A stretch of DNA of 64,000 bases from Oligoflexales bacterium (GTDB lineage Bacteria > Myxococcota_A > UBA9042 > DTJE01), in assembly GCA_012840965.1 (NCBI GenBank), contig DUVQ01000098.1:2059-66058 (forward strand), written 5' to 3'. A program made the position numbers and the translations under genes. Numbering within the stretch: position 1 is the first letter of the stretch; each line of letters starts with the position of its first letter. Of the stretch, positions 18,980 to 29,496 are shown piece by piece. The notes under the pieces are model-generated. The model saw only the letters and a list, made by a program, of their open reading frames with translations, was not told the DNA's origin and made no database searches.

Positions 18980-19933
18980 CTAGGTAATCTGTGTGCCGCC
19001 GTTTCCTTTTAGGGCTTGTTCAAGGGTCTCAGGGTTTGTGATGATCGCCTTGGCTCCACCCTTGTTCAGAAATTCACAGGCCGCTAGTACCTTTGGTCCC
19101 ATGCTTCCTGGGGGAAAATAGCCTTCTTCGTATAATTCCATCAATTTGTTTTTAGAAACCTTGGAAAGTGCCTCCTGGTCAGGCTTTTTAAAGTTTATGT
19201 ACACTTGGGGAACTTCAGTCAGGATGACAAAAAGTCTTGCGCCTATCTGATTTGCCAGGATAGCTGATGATAGGTCCTTATCGATTACTGCTTCGATACC
19301 TTCATAAGTGCCATCCTCAGCTTGTTTGACCGGGATTCCACCACCACCACAGGCAATCACAATGTGGCCTTTTCTTGCGGCCTCTATAATCAAATCCCCT
19401 TGCAGGATCTGCTTTGGTTTTGGGGATGGAACCACCCGTCTAAAGCCTCGTCCACTGTCATCAACGATGCTCCAACCCCTTTCAACCCTACACTTTTCAG
19501 CATCTTCTTGGCTCATGAAGGGGCCAACTGGTTTTGTAGGGTTTTGAAAGGCAGAATCTGCCGGGTCAACCAGCACTTGGGTAACTATTGTAAATACTTC
19601 TCTTTTTATCTGCTGGCGAGCCAGTTCGTTCATCATCGCCTGCTGCAGAAAATAACCAAGGCTCCCCTCAGTCTGGGCCACCAGCACATCCAATGGCATC
19701 GGTGGAACAGTTGCGGCCTCATTTTGCAAAAGCAGGTTGCCCACCTGTGGCCCATTACCATGCGTTATGACCAACTGGTAATCCCCTTGGACCAACATCT
19801 GTAGCTGTCGACTAATCTTTGCGGCATTGGACTGATGATCCCTAAAGGTGCCTTTTTGGCCATGCTCAATAAAGGCATGACCACCCAAAGCTACTAATAC
19901 AGTTTGTTTAGCGCTTTCCAAGGTGTCCTCCAA
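18980..19933 (-). CDS. arcC: carbamate kinase
   Basis: ...VLVALGGHAF...LVITHGNGPQVGNLLLQ... amino-acid-kinase family, 317 aa. No arcA/arcB nearby. Confidence 0.85.
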   Translation of the reverse strand: MEDTLESAKQTVLVALGGHAFIEHGQKGTFRDHQSNAAKISRQLQMLVQGDYQLVITHGNGPQVGNLLLQNEAATVPPMPLDVLVAQTEGSLGYFLQQAMMNELARQQIKREVFTIVTQVLVDPADSAFQNPTKPVGPFMSQEDAEKCRVERGWSIVDDSGRGFRRVVPSPKPKQILQGDLIIEAARKGHIVIACGGGGIPVKQAEDGTYEGIEAVIDKDLSSAILANQIGARLFVILTEVPQVYINFKKPDQEALSKVSKNKLMELYEEGYFPPGSMGPKVLAACEFLNKGGAKAIITNPETLEQALKGNGGTQIT

Positions 19934-20073
19934 AATGTCCTAGAAGTGGCAAAAGTCACTTAAGTCAAGCTAGTCGCAGATAATGCCACCATCGCATCTG
20001 AGATCAAGTAAAAAATGCGCGAACCTGTATCAACTGGCGGCTTGCGATCAGAAGGCGGGAGTTTTGAATAAAG

Positions 20074-21167
20074 TCAATTGGATTGGGATTTTGGGTCAGA
20101 TAAATATCTCTTTAACAAGAAGGCGCAAAAGTAAGGAAAGGTGTAAATATCATTGCTGTAGCCAATATTTCGACCAGCAAATCTATAATGAATGTCTGGG
20201 TATCTGTCACTATCGATCAAAGTTCTCATCGATTTGGAGGTTCCTCTTTGTGCCTTCACCTCAATGGGGATGAGCGATTTTGCGGTTCTAACAAAGAAAT
20301 CCTGCTCAAGCGATGAGTCGCCACGCTTATAGTAATAAAGCTTGTACCCGCCTTTGGCTAAAGCTTCTGAAACGATATTTTCGTACAGTGCGCCTTTGTA
20401 AACACCCAAGTTTTGGTTGGCCCTCAAATCGTCTTGAGCCTCTTCATCAATTATGGCTACAAGCATCCCAGTATCCGCAAAGTAGATCTTGTATTTCGAA
20501 TCGTCGTGGTTTCCACCAAGCGGCAATTCAGGAAAGTTTAAGCAATAGCAAAGATTTACAATCCCAGCTTCATCCAACCACTCTATGCAACCACGATAAA
20601 AAGTTTACTAAAAACCGACATTTCCACTTCATTAAAGGGTGTCAGACTCAGCATATGTTCAAGCATGTCATCAACAAAGGAGTCGTTGTAGCCCTTTGCC
20701 CAAAGAAATTCCTCAAAGTCCATAGAGTACATTTCATAGTCTGTTTTATATCCAACGCTGTTGCTTTCAATTTTCCGATAGTTGATGCCCAGCATTGAAC
20801 CACTGCAGATTATGTCAAACCTACCATCGATTTTGAAAAACTTGAGTGCCGTTGCTATATCTGGAAACTCCTGCAGTTCGTCAAAGATTATTACTGTCTT
20901 ACCAGCGATGAACTGTTTTGATGGGTCGATTCTGGACAGGTTTTTGACGATGTCAGCAGTACCATATCCATCGGATGTAATCAGTTTGTACTTTGGCTCT
21001 TCAACAAAGTTTATATAGATTACGTTTTCGTAATTCGTATTAGCGAACCTTTTGATCGATTCAGTCTTTCCAACCTAGCGGGGACCTTTAACTATCAAAG
21101 GCTTTCTGTCTGGATTCGCCTTCCAATTAGTCAAAAAGACGTCAATTTTCCTTTTTAAATAAAGCAT
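20074..21167 (-). pseudogene. disrupted AAA-family ATPase (AAA + DUF4143-type) gene
   Basis: Minus-strand translation gives MLYLKRKIDVFLTNWKANPDRKPLIVKGPR, then TAG (21075-21077) exactly where the Walker A should read GPRQVGKT (next residues are VGKTE). It continues in frame to ...FSKLFIVVA*, then needs a frameshift near 20580 to reach the C-terminal DUF4143-like part (20074-20577). Confidence 0.7.
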
Positions 21168-21222
21168 AAGGTGTGCCTTCCTCGAACGAACTATAGCGAT
21201 GGGAGGGAACGGAATCAATTGG

Positions 21223-21310
21223 TTGCACAAAAAATGAGCGAGTTTTTTGTTTGTTTGCACATTTTTAGAGCGAGTTTTTGCTCCATTTGCACAAAAAATG
21301 AGCGAGTTTT
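21223..21310. repeat. three tandem 31-32-bp repeats (TTGCACAAAAAATGAGCGAGTTTT...)
   Basis: Copies at 21223-21246, 21255-21279 (degenerate) and 21286-21309, in the region upstream of the pseudogene start and 3' of tRNA-Cys. Confidence 0.8.
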
Positions 21311-21388
21311 GTAATGCAGGGGCACTTTTGGGGTTGTACAAAGGCAGAGTCAACGAGAACTTGGTAGATTTGGACATTAAATCATCGG

Positions 21389-21459
<71 letters not shown>

Positions 21460-21517
21460 ACAGCCACAAAGCCCGAAGATCTTGCTATAGCTGGCCCAAC
21501 AAGTCAAGTCTAAAAAC

Positions 21518-21574
21518 AGGAGCAGGGACAGGGGCAGGGAGCGGGGAGCAGGGACAGGAGGCAGGGACAGGGCA
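21518..21574 (+). repeat. G-rich repeat copy R3
   Basis: ggagcagggacaggggcagggagcggggagcagggacaggaggcagggacaggg, between tRNA-Cys and the nucleotidyltransferase gene. Confidence 0.85.
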
Positions 21575-21647
21575 ATAATTGCTAGTTTTGATGCTGCTAT
21601 TAACATCATTGGGTTGACTTCTTTATGGTATCTGTTATGTTGATACT

Positions 21648-22187
21648 ATGAGGCCACGGGAGACCATAGAGCAATTTGATCTCTTCCTAAAAAAGCATGG
21701 ACTTTCCTTGTCGGCTGTCATCATCGGCGGCTCGGCTTTGTCTTTGTTAAGGGTTATCTCCCGCGAGACGCGAGATTTTGATGTGCTCCACCCGCCACTG
21801 ACGGGCGAGATTATCAAGGCGCAGGCCGCCTTCGCCGCAGAGATGCGTAGACAGGGCATTCCACTTGATGATCACTGGTTGAATGATAACCCCGTGTCGG
21901 TGGCCGATCTGCTGCCGGAGGGGTGGCTTTCCAGGACGCAGGTTGTGTATCAGGGAAGCGCTGTGACGTTGTTGTCGCTTTCCAGAGACGACATGCTGCT
22001 GACCAAGCTCTTCGCTTATTGTGATCGTGGGACGGATTTGGGAGACTGCTTGGCGCTCAAGCCGTCCGCCGATGAATTGCGAGCGTCTTTACCCTGGATC
22101 GTTAAACAGGACGCCCACCCTGACTGGCCCAGTCATGTTGAAGAATCCATTCGAGAGTTGGCTAGGAGGTTGGGCCATGAGCTATAG
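21648..22187 (+). CDS. Pol-beta-superfamily nucleotidyltransferase-fold protein (AbiEii/MNT-like)
   Basis: hGGS-x13-DxD signature IIGGSALSLLRVISRETRDFDVL. 179 aa. Stop overlaps the next gene. Confidence 0.55.
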   Translation: MRPRETIEQFDLFLKKHGLSLSAVIIGGSALSLLRVISRETRDFDVLHPPLTGEIIKAQAAFAAEMRRQGIPLDDHWLNDNPVSVADLLPEGWLSRTQVVYQGSAVTLLSLSRDDMLLTKLFAYCDRGTDLGDCLALKPSADELRASLPWIVKQDAHPDWPSHVEESIRELARRLGHEL

Positions 22188-22860
22188 TCGCAGCATTGCC
22201 CCTAGCGCCGTACCTGACACTGAGATGCTTTCGTCTATGATGGCCGGGATTGGTATGAATGTCGCGACTACGCCTGACTGGAACGCCAATATTGAGGATA
22301 CTCTGTACTTCGCCAGTATCGAAGGGATGGAGCATTACGATCTACGCACCCTGTCCCTTGTCACGCAATGGCTTTCTGTTCATCTGCGTAGAGTCAACGC
22401 TGACCGCATAATCCGCGTGATTTCCGCCTGTCCTTTTGAACGAGTGCGTTCCTACTGGAAGGCTGTGGCTGTTTGGCAGTCCAAGGATAGGCGACTGGTG
22501 CGCCTCTTAGATACTTACCGTGGTTCTCGGATCGACCTACTGCCCTCGGGAACGGACTTCCAAATCAGTCGGTGCGGCGAAGATACCCGTTTTGTAAATG
22601 GGCCACTTCGCGTTCCAGCTGGAACACTGCGGGAGCGTGAGTCGGACATCCTGAGTCCACAGGAGCTTGCCTCCCGCCACCCTGCCTATCGTTGGCGCAT
22701 TCTCGTGGGACCTACCTACCGTGCCGACATGCTGGCACATCTCGAAAACAACCCCGGTCTATCAGCTTCGGAACTGGCTCGACTAGCCTACGGCTCTTTC
22801 GCCACGGCCCACGAGGTCAAGCGGGATTGGAGCGTCCTTTCGATGACACAGTCTGTTTGA
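22177..22860 (+). CDS. hypothetical protein, partner of the nucleotidyltransferase-fold protein
   Basis: ATG at 22177 is preceded by AGGAGGT and overlaps the upstream gene by 11 nt. 227 aa with no recognised motif. The track start at 22021 is over-extended. Confidence 0.5.
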   Translation: MSYSRSIAPSAVPDTEMLSSMMAGIGMNVATTPDWNANIEDTLYFASIEGMEHYDLRTLSLVTQWLSVHLRRVNADRIIRVISACPFERVRSYWKAVAVWQSKDRRLVRLLDTYRGSRIDLLPSGTDFQISRCGEDTRFVNGPLRVPAGTLRERESDILSPQELASRHPAYRWRILVGPTYRADMLAHLENNPGLSASELARLAYGSFATAHEVKRDWSVLSMTQSV

Positions 22861-22870
22861 CGGGAATTAT

Positions 22871-22898
22871 GGCGGGAGGCGGGGACAGGGGCAGGGCC
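22871..22898 (+). repeat. G-rich repeat copy R4
   Basis: ggcgggaggcggggacaggggcagggcc, directly after the stop of the partner gene. Confidence 0.8.
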
Positions 22899-22957
22899 AA
22901 AGTATACAAACCGGGGTTTTGAGCTATACTGCGGCGGGCATTTGGGCTAGGAGGTTA

Positions 22958-25204
22958 ATGATGCCGAGATTTTCGTATCGAGACGGACGCTTTTATAAGG
23001 ATGATGAACCATTTTTCTTTTTGGGCGCTGAATACCAATACTACCGTGACAAACGATCCAACTGGGCCGCTAGATTAGACCAGCTCAAGGCCGCAAATGT
23101 AAATGTAGTCTGCTTTTACACCCCCTGGCGTCATCACATCGTCCACGACCCAGTAACAGGTGCCATAAGCTATGATTTTGATGGCACCACCCTGGATTCA
23201 AGAGACCTAAAAACCTTCTTGCGTTTAATTCAGGAACGCGGCCTGTACATGCTGGCAAAACCAGGGCCATTTGTGCACTCAGAGCTAAATATTGGTGGAC
23301 TACCAGACATTACTTCGCCCTCTTTCAACCCCGGCATCGAGCCAGTCAGAATTCACGACGGCAACCCCTTGTTTTGGGAATATGACTACACCTTGATGCC
23401 AAGCCCATATGACCAGGCCTTTGATGACTTGGCCAAGGAATGGCTCATAGCTGTAGGCAATATTTTGCGCCCATACGCTGCCCCAAACGGCAACATCATT
23501 GCCTTGCAACTGCTGGATGAAACTATCTATTGCTCATCCAATGACGCCCCATGGCACTTTGGCTATGATGCCCCTGACGTCAGGGCCTTCCATCAGTTCT
23601 TGGCCGAAAAATATGGTTCCGTGGAAAAATACAACGCCGCACACGGAAGCGAAATCAAATCATTTTCCTTCGTGAAGCCACCTGTTTTGGATCCAAAAAC
23701 TCCAGTCGCAAGAACCAGAGGCCAAACACTTGACCTAGTCGATTGGGGCGAATTTCAGTGGCGAATCAGGCGCGATATCTATGTCAGATACATTGAATAT
23801 CTAAATATTGATCTGCCATATCTGACCAACTATGCCGGAATCACACCGCCAATCGATGAAAACGTCCCAGACAAACAGGAAAGCTCCACCAAAAACACCC
23901 CCCACGAGTACATCAAGCTCTATCCCGAATGGTGGTTTGCCCACAATCGGATTGACCAGGACCTAGATGTCTATGAATACGGCATGATTAGCTGGCTTGG
24001 AGTGGCGGCTTATAACGTACCTGACGCCTCAACCCCACCAAAGGACGACGTTGGAGACAACGACGTCTTTAACCGCTATATAAACACATCTAGGCGTCGC
24101 AGAGGTATCAATATTGAAGAAAACTGGGGCTTTGCAACTTTGTATCATCCGATGTCAAAGTATCCAATGATCCCATTTTTCCAAACGCTGGCGTGTGTCG
24201 CAGGCGGATGCACAGGCTACGTTGTGTTTACTGCTGTCTCGCACGGTTACTGGCTGGATGACTTGGACAGAACCACGCAAAAGCAGTACCGCACGTTCCC
24301 GTCTGATGCTCCAATTGGTGAAAACGGTGAGACTGGGGCGCTTTATGACTCCATGAGCAGCTTAAATCAATGGTTTGCGAAGGAAGGCGCCAATTTCCTT
24401 AAGGCAGAGCTTGATATGGACGTCTGCTTGATGGTAGTTCCGGAATATGCCGCGATTTCATCGTGGGTCCCCGAAGATCGTGACCCTTACTGGGTGCTGC
24501 CACATGCTGTGCCACGGACTGGCTACAATGTGATTGAACCTGCCACCATGATTTGTAACAACAATGGTATTAACTACGCTATTCGTGAGCTTCCAGCGCT
24601 TTCGATTGAAGAAATGGTCGATTATCCGGCTATCACAGTGCACCTTGGGTTTTTCCTACCAAAGGCCGATCAGCAAAAACTGATTGATGCTGTAAAGGCT
24701 GGTGCGACCCTTATCGCTGGTGGTGAACTGCCAGCCTTTGATGAAAACATGAAGCCATGCACTTTACTGGCTGATTTCATTACCAATCCTGGTGAAACCA
24801 AAGGCAGAGTGTTTTACAGCACTGGTAACATCTTTAACAATGAGCGTGCATTTTTGGGTAACCTGACTTTGGCTGGTTGGGAAAAACGAGTCGACTATGA
24901 TGACGGTATAAAGGTGTTTGTATATCGTCATGAAGCCGATTACTACCTGTTTTTCTTTAACTTTGACCGTCATGGAAGCCATGATAAGACTGTAACATTC
25001 TACGGTCACAGACTTGACCTGACGGTAGGTTCAAAAACCTGCGGAATAGTCCATGTAAACGCCCCAAAAGACGGCAAGGGCAGATTAGTTTCCTACTTGG
25101 TAAAAGGCGTCAACGAATATGAAATGGAAACTGCCGAAGTAGTGTTAAAGTTTGAAGACCAAAGACACATTATCCACGGCGACAATTCCGCATACGACTT
25201 GTAG
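22958..25204 (+). CDS. glycoside hydrolase family 35 (beta-galactosidase-like)
   Basis: N-terminal GH35 pattern ...FSYRDGRFYKDDEPFFFLGAEYQYYRD...VVCFYTPWRHH...LAKPGPFVHSELNIGGLPD.... AGGAGG RBS precedes ATGATG at 22958. Confidence 0.7.
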   Translation: MMPRFSYRDGRFYKDDEPFFFLGAEYQYYRDKRSNWAARLDQLKAANVNVVCFYTPWRHHIVHDPVTGAISYDFDGTTLDSRDLKTFLRLIQERGLYMLAKPGPFVHSELNIGGLPDITSPSFNPGIEPVRIHDGNPLFWEYDYTLMPSPYDQAFDDLAKEWLIAVGNILRPYAAPNGNIIALQLLDETIYCSSNDAPWHFGYDAPDVRAFHQFLAEKYGSVEKYNAAHGSEIKSFSFVKPPVLDPKTPVARTRGQTLDLVDWGEFQWRIRRDIYVRYIEYLNIDLPYLTNYAGITPPIDENVPDKQESSTKNTPHEYIKLYPEWWFAHNRIDQDLDVYEYGMISWLGVAAYNVPDASTPPKDDVGDNDVFNRYINTSRRRRGINIEENWGFATLYHPMSKYPMIPFFQTLACVAGGCTGYVVFTAVSHGYWLDDLDRTTQKQYRTFPSDAPIGENGETGALYDSMSSLNQWFAKEGANFLKAELDMDVCLMVVPEYAAISSWVPEDRDPYWVLPHAVPRTGYNVIEPATMICNNNGINYAIRELPALSIEEMVDYPAITVHLGFFLPKADQQKLIDAVKAGATLIAGGELPAFDENMKPCTLLADFITNPGETKGRVFYSTGNIFNNERAFLGNLTLAGWEKRVDYDDGIKVFVYRHEADYYLFFFNFDRHGSHDKTVTFYGHRLDLTVGSKTCGIVHVNAPKDGKGRLVSYLVKGVNEYEMETAEVVLKFEDQRHIIHGDNSAYDL

Positions 25205-25240
25205 CCCCAGATCCTGCCCCCCGTCTCTGCCCCCGCCTAC
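25205..25240 (+). repeat. C-rich repeat copy R5
   Basis: gccccagatcctgccccccgtctctgcccccgcc, in the 33-bp gap between convergent genes. Confidence 0.75.
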
Positions 25241-26193
25241 TTCACCAAGGTGAACCACCTTCCAGGTGGCCACCAGCGCACTACAGCTCTGCCCTTGGAG
25301 TACGAGACCGGCACAAAGCCCCAATAACGCCCATCACTAGAGTTATCCCGGTTGTCACCCATCGCCAATATATGTCCTGGCGGGACCACCACTTCTGGAT
25401 AATCTGGATTACCTGCAGAACTACCCATCATGGCAGGCTCGGAATCTGATGGCCAGGTTGACGCGTTTCTGCAATACCTGTCACCTTGCGCAGAGGGCGG
25501 AGCTACGTGCTGCGCTATGTACGTGACGCCACCCAACGTTTCTTGTTGTTTGACACACTTACAATGAGTTCCATCTGCACAGTCCACACTAGTTTCAATT
25601 ATCTTGGTAGGAATCGGCTTTCCATTTATATGGATGACGTTGTCGATGATTGAAACTCTATCACCTTCAACTCCAATAACTCGTTTTATAAAGTCCTTCC
25701 CAGCATCAGGACCATCACCAGGAAATTCAAATACAAAAACTTCACCAGGTTTTGGAACGCCAACTTCGACAAAGCGCCAGTGGGTAAATGGCATCCTTAG
25801 GCCATAGGCATACTTGTTTACAAAAATATGATCTGAAATCAAAAGGGTAGGAATCATAGAACCAGTCGGAATTTTAAAGGCCTCAAACCAAAAGGCTCTG
25901 ATTATCAGCGCTATTAAAACTGCAGTTCCAAGAGACCTGAAAGTCTCTAAAAAGCTTGCTTTTTTCAACAATTTGTTATGCTTGACCAAGATGCCTCTTA
26001 AAGCCTCAACCGCCATTGCTACGGTCGTTTCGTCATTTTCTTTTAAGGCATCGTCCAATTCCAAAATCTTTTTCTCAAACTGCGATCTGACTTCCGGAGA
26101 TAGTCTGTTACCACGATAACGAATTATTTTAGTCGTATCGTCTAAAAACTTTTTCGCATCTTTTTTAAGCTTAACAGAGGCTGGTTTTGACAC
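25237..26193 (-). CDS. lepB: signal peptidase I
   Basis: ...IPTGSMIPTLLISDHIFVNKYAYG...GDNRDNSSDGRYWGFVP... (S26 family boxes). GTG start. The N-terminal cytoplasmic extension of about 90 aa may be partly an over-call. Confidence 0.85.
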   Translation of the reverse strand: MSKPASVKLKKDAKKFLDDTTKIIRYRGNRLSPEVRSQFEKKILELDDALKENDETTVAMAVEALRGILVKHNKLLKKASFLETFRSLGTAVLIALIIRAFWFEAFKIPTGSMIPTLLISDHIFVNKYAYGLRMPFTHWRFVEVGVPKPGEVFVFEFPGDGPDAGKDFIKRVIGVEGDRVSIIDNVIHINGKPIPTKIIETSVDCADGTHCKCVKQQETLGGVTYIAQHVAPPSAQGDRYCRNASTWPSDSEPAMMGSSAGNPDYPEVVVPPGHILAMGDNRDNSSDGRYWGFVPVSYSKGRAVVRWWPPGRWFTLVK

Positions 26194-26629
26194 AAAGTAA
26201 CCCTTTTACAAAACTAAAAACATCTTTTAAAGACCAAAAGAACCAAGTCGGAAGGATAGTTACGCAAGCAAAGCCTGTCAAACAAAAGCCACCAAAACAT
26301 TTTCAATCTTTATTTCTACATTTGTGTGTAGAAAAGTTAACTAAAGCCATGTCTACAACTGTCCAAAAATAGTTTGTCTGCATTCTTTCGACCAACGAAT
26401 TTGAATTGTGACCTGATACTCAACATTTTATTAACAAGGCTGTTTAATATATTTGCAATAGAAACAATGACTTAATTACGTTTTCTACTTTTAAACAGCC
26501 CCCACCATCTTTAGCTCCTAAAAATTAAAAATATAAAAACAAAGAAACGCCTGTTGAAAGTTGGTGCTTATTGTCGAAGCTTGAATCGAAAGCTAGAATC
26601 CCAGGTGCTTTGGGTGAAGGAAAATAGCT

Positions 26630-29458
26630 TTGTCGGCTGTTGATCAAAAACTGGTTTTAGCATCGGAACCTAAAAGGGCTATCTGGTCACTGGAAATGGA
26701 CAGGGCTGGAATCCAGTTGAAGCTGGAATCAGCAATGTTTGACAGCTTTTTGCTTGTTTCAAACCTGAAAGTGCTAGTTCCATATGCTGGAAAATCCTTT
26801 GATTACACGGCTGGACCAAAGGTTTTACAGTCGTCGCTTACTTTTTTGGAAAGCGTTGAAATCCACTTGTCTTTACCAGATTTGGTTAAAAGAAATAGGG
26901 TTGAACGTGACTGGAATATAAATCAGATCAGGGCGTTACACCAAGGTTTAAGCCTAGCTGGTACTGGGATGGGTGTGCCATTTACGCTGGGCGTTCAGAT
27001 TGCATCAGGGGCTTTTCCTGGCTCTGTAAGACTTGAATTTGTAAAACCAAGGTTTTGGGGTTTTGTACCTGATGATTGGGATTACCTGCCAACTAGAATC
27101 ATTGCGGGAATAAACCCAGCTTTGAGGTTGGATTTTGGTGATGATTGGGTTGAAATTGGGTTACTTAGACCGTTACTGATCCGCCTGATTACTGGGTTGG
27201 GATACAAAATGCCAATCTTGGATGGCATTGGCTTGACTAGCTGGCGCCACGAGGATGGCAGATTGATTTTGTCCTTTGGTAGACTGGTCCAAGATGAAAG
27301 CGCTTCAAAGCAGCCTGATCGCAAACCCCTTCAAAACACACCTGAATCCACTGCAAGGGCCTGTCTGCAGGAGTTGACAACTGGTGGTCATAATCAGGCT
27401 GTTGTCGAAAGGTTCCTTAGATCCGGAGTTGCGGCGCCTAGATTTGCGACCGAGGTCATATCCAGAGCCTTGATTTTAGGTCAGGACAGACCTGAATCGG
27501 TTTTACCACACTTGGTAATAATGGTTTTGGCTGATGCTGGAAAACAGTCGCATTCGTTATTAAACAATCTTTCGAAGGATCAGATACTTCACAACACCAA
27601 GCGATTATTGGCTGCTGTAGAACTGGAAGGGGACCCATCTCAACTATTTTTGGCCGCGCAGTTGGTGGCAAAAGTAAGTTTGGGCATGGATCCCGACTAT
27701 GCCTTGAAAATGCTTGAAGAAGTCAGATATCGTGGGATTGAAACAACTTTGGTGTTGCAATCCTTAAGTTTGGCTCTCGATAGAACCGGTCAGCATGAAG
27801 AGGCTCGGGTGGTCAGATCAAGAGCTTTGGCGTTGGTTCCAACAGGTCAGACTGCTAAAACGCTGGTTTTGATTACTGAACAGCTGGAATCATTTGGGTT
27901 GACTGAGGTTGCTTTACAGTGGCTTTTGGATGTTATCGATCAGTGCGACCAAGGTTTTTATGGTTCCGAGAGTAAGTCGATAAAGAATAAGGCCACGTTA
28001 ATGTTGGCCGCCAGAGAGTCGTTAGATACACAGCTTATTGGTCAAGCTAGAGGGCGATTACTGGGGCTTTTGGATGAAAATCCGCTTGACGAAGAGGCGC
28101 TTAATCTCTTGCTTGCAACTTCAAGCGGAAGTCGCCAAGTAGCCGAGGCAATTTCACGCTTTAAAGAGGCAGCCAACGCGGCTCATGGGATGCAACGAGC
28201 TGGATTTCTGCTTGAAGCTGCGTCTGCCACCCTTGATAGACTTGGCTTGAAGCATCAGGCAATTGAACTTTTGGAACAATCCCTTGAGGCAGCCGCTGAA
28301 AACCAGGCTTCTATGGTTGCATTGGACAGGCTGTACAATGATTTGGGATATGAGGAGCGACGTTTGGCCTTAATTTTGAAGCGAATTGAGCTGCCTTGCA
28401 CTCCAAACGAGTTGGATGAATTGCGTTTTGAAGGGGCAAGGCTGGCTTTTGATTCTGGAGCAACGGATACGGCGGCACAGCTGCTGACTGCTTTGTTGGA
28501 AGGGGACCCCACGCATGTTTCAGGCTTGGAACTAGCACTTGAGGTGGCTATATCGATCAAGGACAACGACTGGGCCAAAAGAATCAGTAACACCCTGTCT
28601 GACCTGGGACATAAGCCAGATTTCAATGCTACTGGGCAACCTAATAAATCTGCTGTCGCTGTGCAAAGACCGGTTGCCAAAGACAATTTAGAGGATGATT
28701 CGGATGGAATGGAATTTGAACCTTCCATCAGCGAAGAGGAAGATGTAGAGGACCCAGACGACATAGCATTATTAGACGCTGATTCAGAAGAGTTAGATTT
28801 GTTTGAAGCTGAGGCCCAGTGGCTGAATCAGCAGATGGAGATTGGGGCAGAACAGTTGCTTCTTGGAAATCCAATGGAGACCTTGTCAGCGGCGCTTGAG
28901 GTTTTGGAGGTTGATCCAGTACACCTGGAGGCCCTGCGTCTTAGCGTTCAAGCCGCCGTTGCAGTTGGTGACCTTGATTTAGCTGTTCAGTTGGGGCGAC
29001 GATGGGTTGATAGGATTTTTACCCCATCGCAACAGGTTTTGGCGCTTTTGGAATTGGCCGACATTCAGCTGCTTAGTTCCGAGGATCCAAGCGATGCTGT
29101 TGCTAGTTATGCCAGGGTAATGTCAACAATCCCGTGTCATCAGGAGACGTTGGCTACGGTGCTGAATTTAGCGAAACTGCACCCATCCGATGCGTCAAAA
29201 ATCTTGTTGCCCGTAGTAGCTTCAGCTGTGTCTACAGCTATGGATCTGGAAACTGAAGAACGAAATCGTTGTGCTGACCGCCTTTATGAGATCGCAGGCG
29301 CGGTGTGGGACGATTTGGAGCTTCCCGAGACTGCTTTGTCAATCTTGGAACTGATCATTGGGCTTGCACCTGACCACGAAGCGGCTACATCGGATCTCAT
29401 CATTTTGTATCAGGCTTTGGGACGTTTAGCCGCAGCTGACGTTTTGCAGCAGATGTGA
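26630..29458 (+). CDS. large hypothetical protein with TPR-like helical repeats
   Basis: 942-aa ORF. Repeated Leu/Ala-rich helical-hairpin segments in the C-terminal half. TTG start is uncertain. Confidence 0.45.
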   Translation: MSAVDQKLVLASEPKRAIWSLEMDRAGIQLKLESAMFDSFLLVSNLKVLVPYAGKSFDYTAGPKVLQSSLTFLESVEIHLSLPDLVKRNRVERDWNINQIRALHQGLSLAGTGMGVPFTLGVQIASGAFPGSVRLEFVKPRFWGFVPDDWDYLPTRIIAGINPALRLDFGDDWVEIGLLRPLLIRLITGLGYKMPILDGIGLTSWRHEDGRLILSFGRLVQDESASKQPDRKPLQNTPESTARACLQELTTGGHNQAVVERFLRSGVAAPRFATEVISRALILGQDRPESVLPHLVIMVLADAGKQSHSLLNNLSKDQILHNTKRLLAAVELEGDPSQLFLAAQLVAKVSLGMDPDYALKMLEEVRYRGIETTLVLQSLSLALDRTGQHEEARVVRSRALALVPTGQTAKTLVLITEQLESFGLTEVALQWLLDVIDQCDQGFYGSESKSIKNKATLMLAARESLDTQLIGQARGRLLGLLDENPLDEEALNLLLATSSGSRQVAEAISRFKEAANAAHGMQRAGFLLEAASATLDRLGLKHQAIELLEQSLEAAAENQASMVALDRLYNDLGYEERRLALILKRIELPCTPNELDELRFEGARLAFDSGATDTAAQLLTALLEGDPTHVSGLELALEVAISIKDNDWAKRISNTLSDLGHKPDFNATGQPNKSAVAVQRPVAKDNLEDDSDGMEFEPSISEEEDVEDPDDIALLDADSEELDLFEAEAQWLNQQMEIGAEQLLLGNPMETLSAALEVLEVDPVHLEALRLSVQAAVAVGDLDLAVQLGRRWVDRIFTPSQQVLALLELADIQLLSSEDPSDAVASYARVMSTIPCHQETLATVLNLAKLHPSDASKILLPVVASAVSTAMDLETEERNRCADRLYEIAGAVWDDLELPETALSILELIIGLAPDHEAATSDLIILYQALGRLAAADVLQQM

Positions 29459-29496
29459 TAGCGTAGTCCTCGTTGAAGTAAACGAGGTGCCAGGAT

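Noticed and set aside
18980-19933. Linking carbamate kinase (arcC) to the carbamoyltransferase operon as carbamoyl-phosphate supplier
   Set aside because: The genes are 30 kb apart with unrelated genes between them, and no arcA/arcB or other linkage evidence is present.
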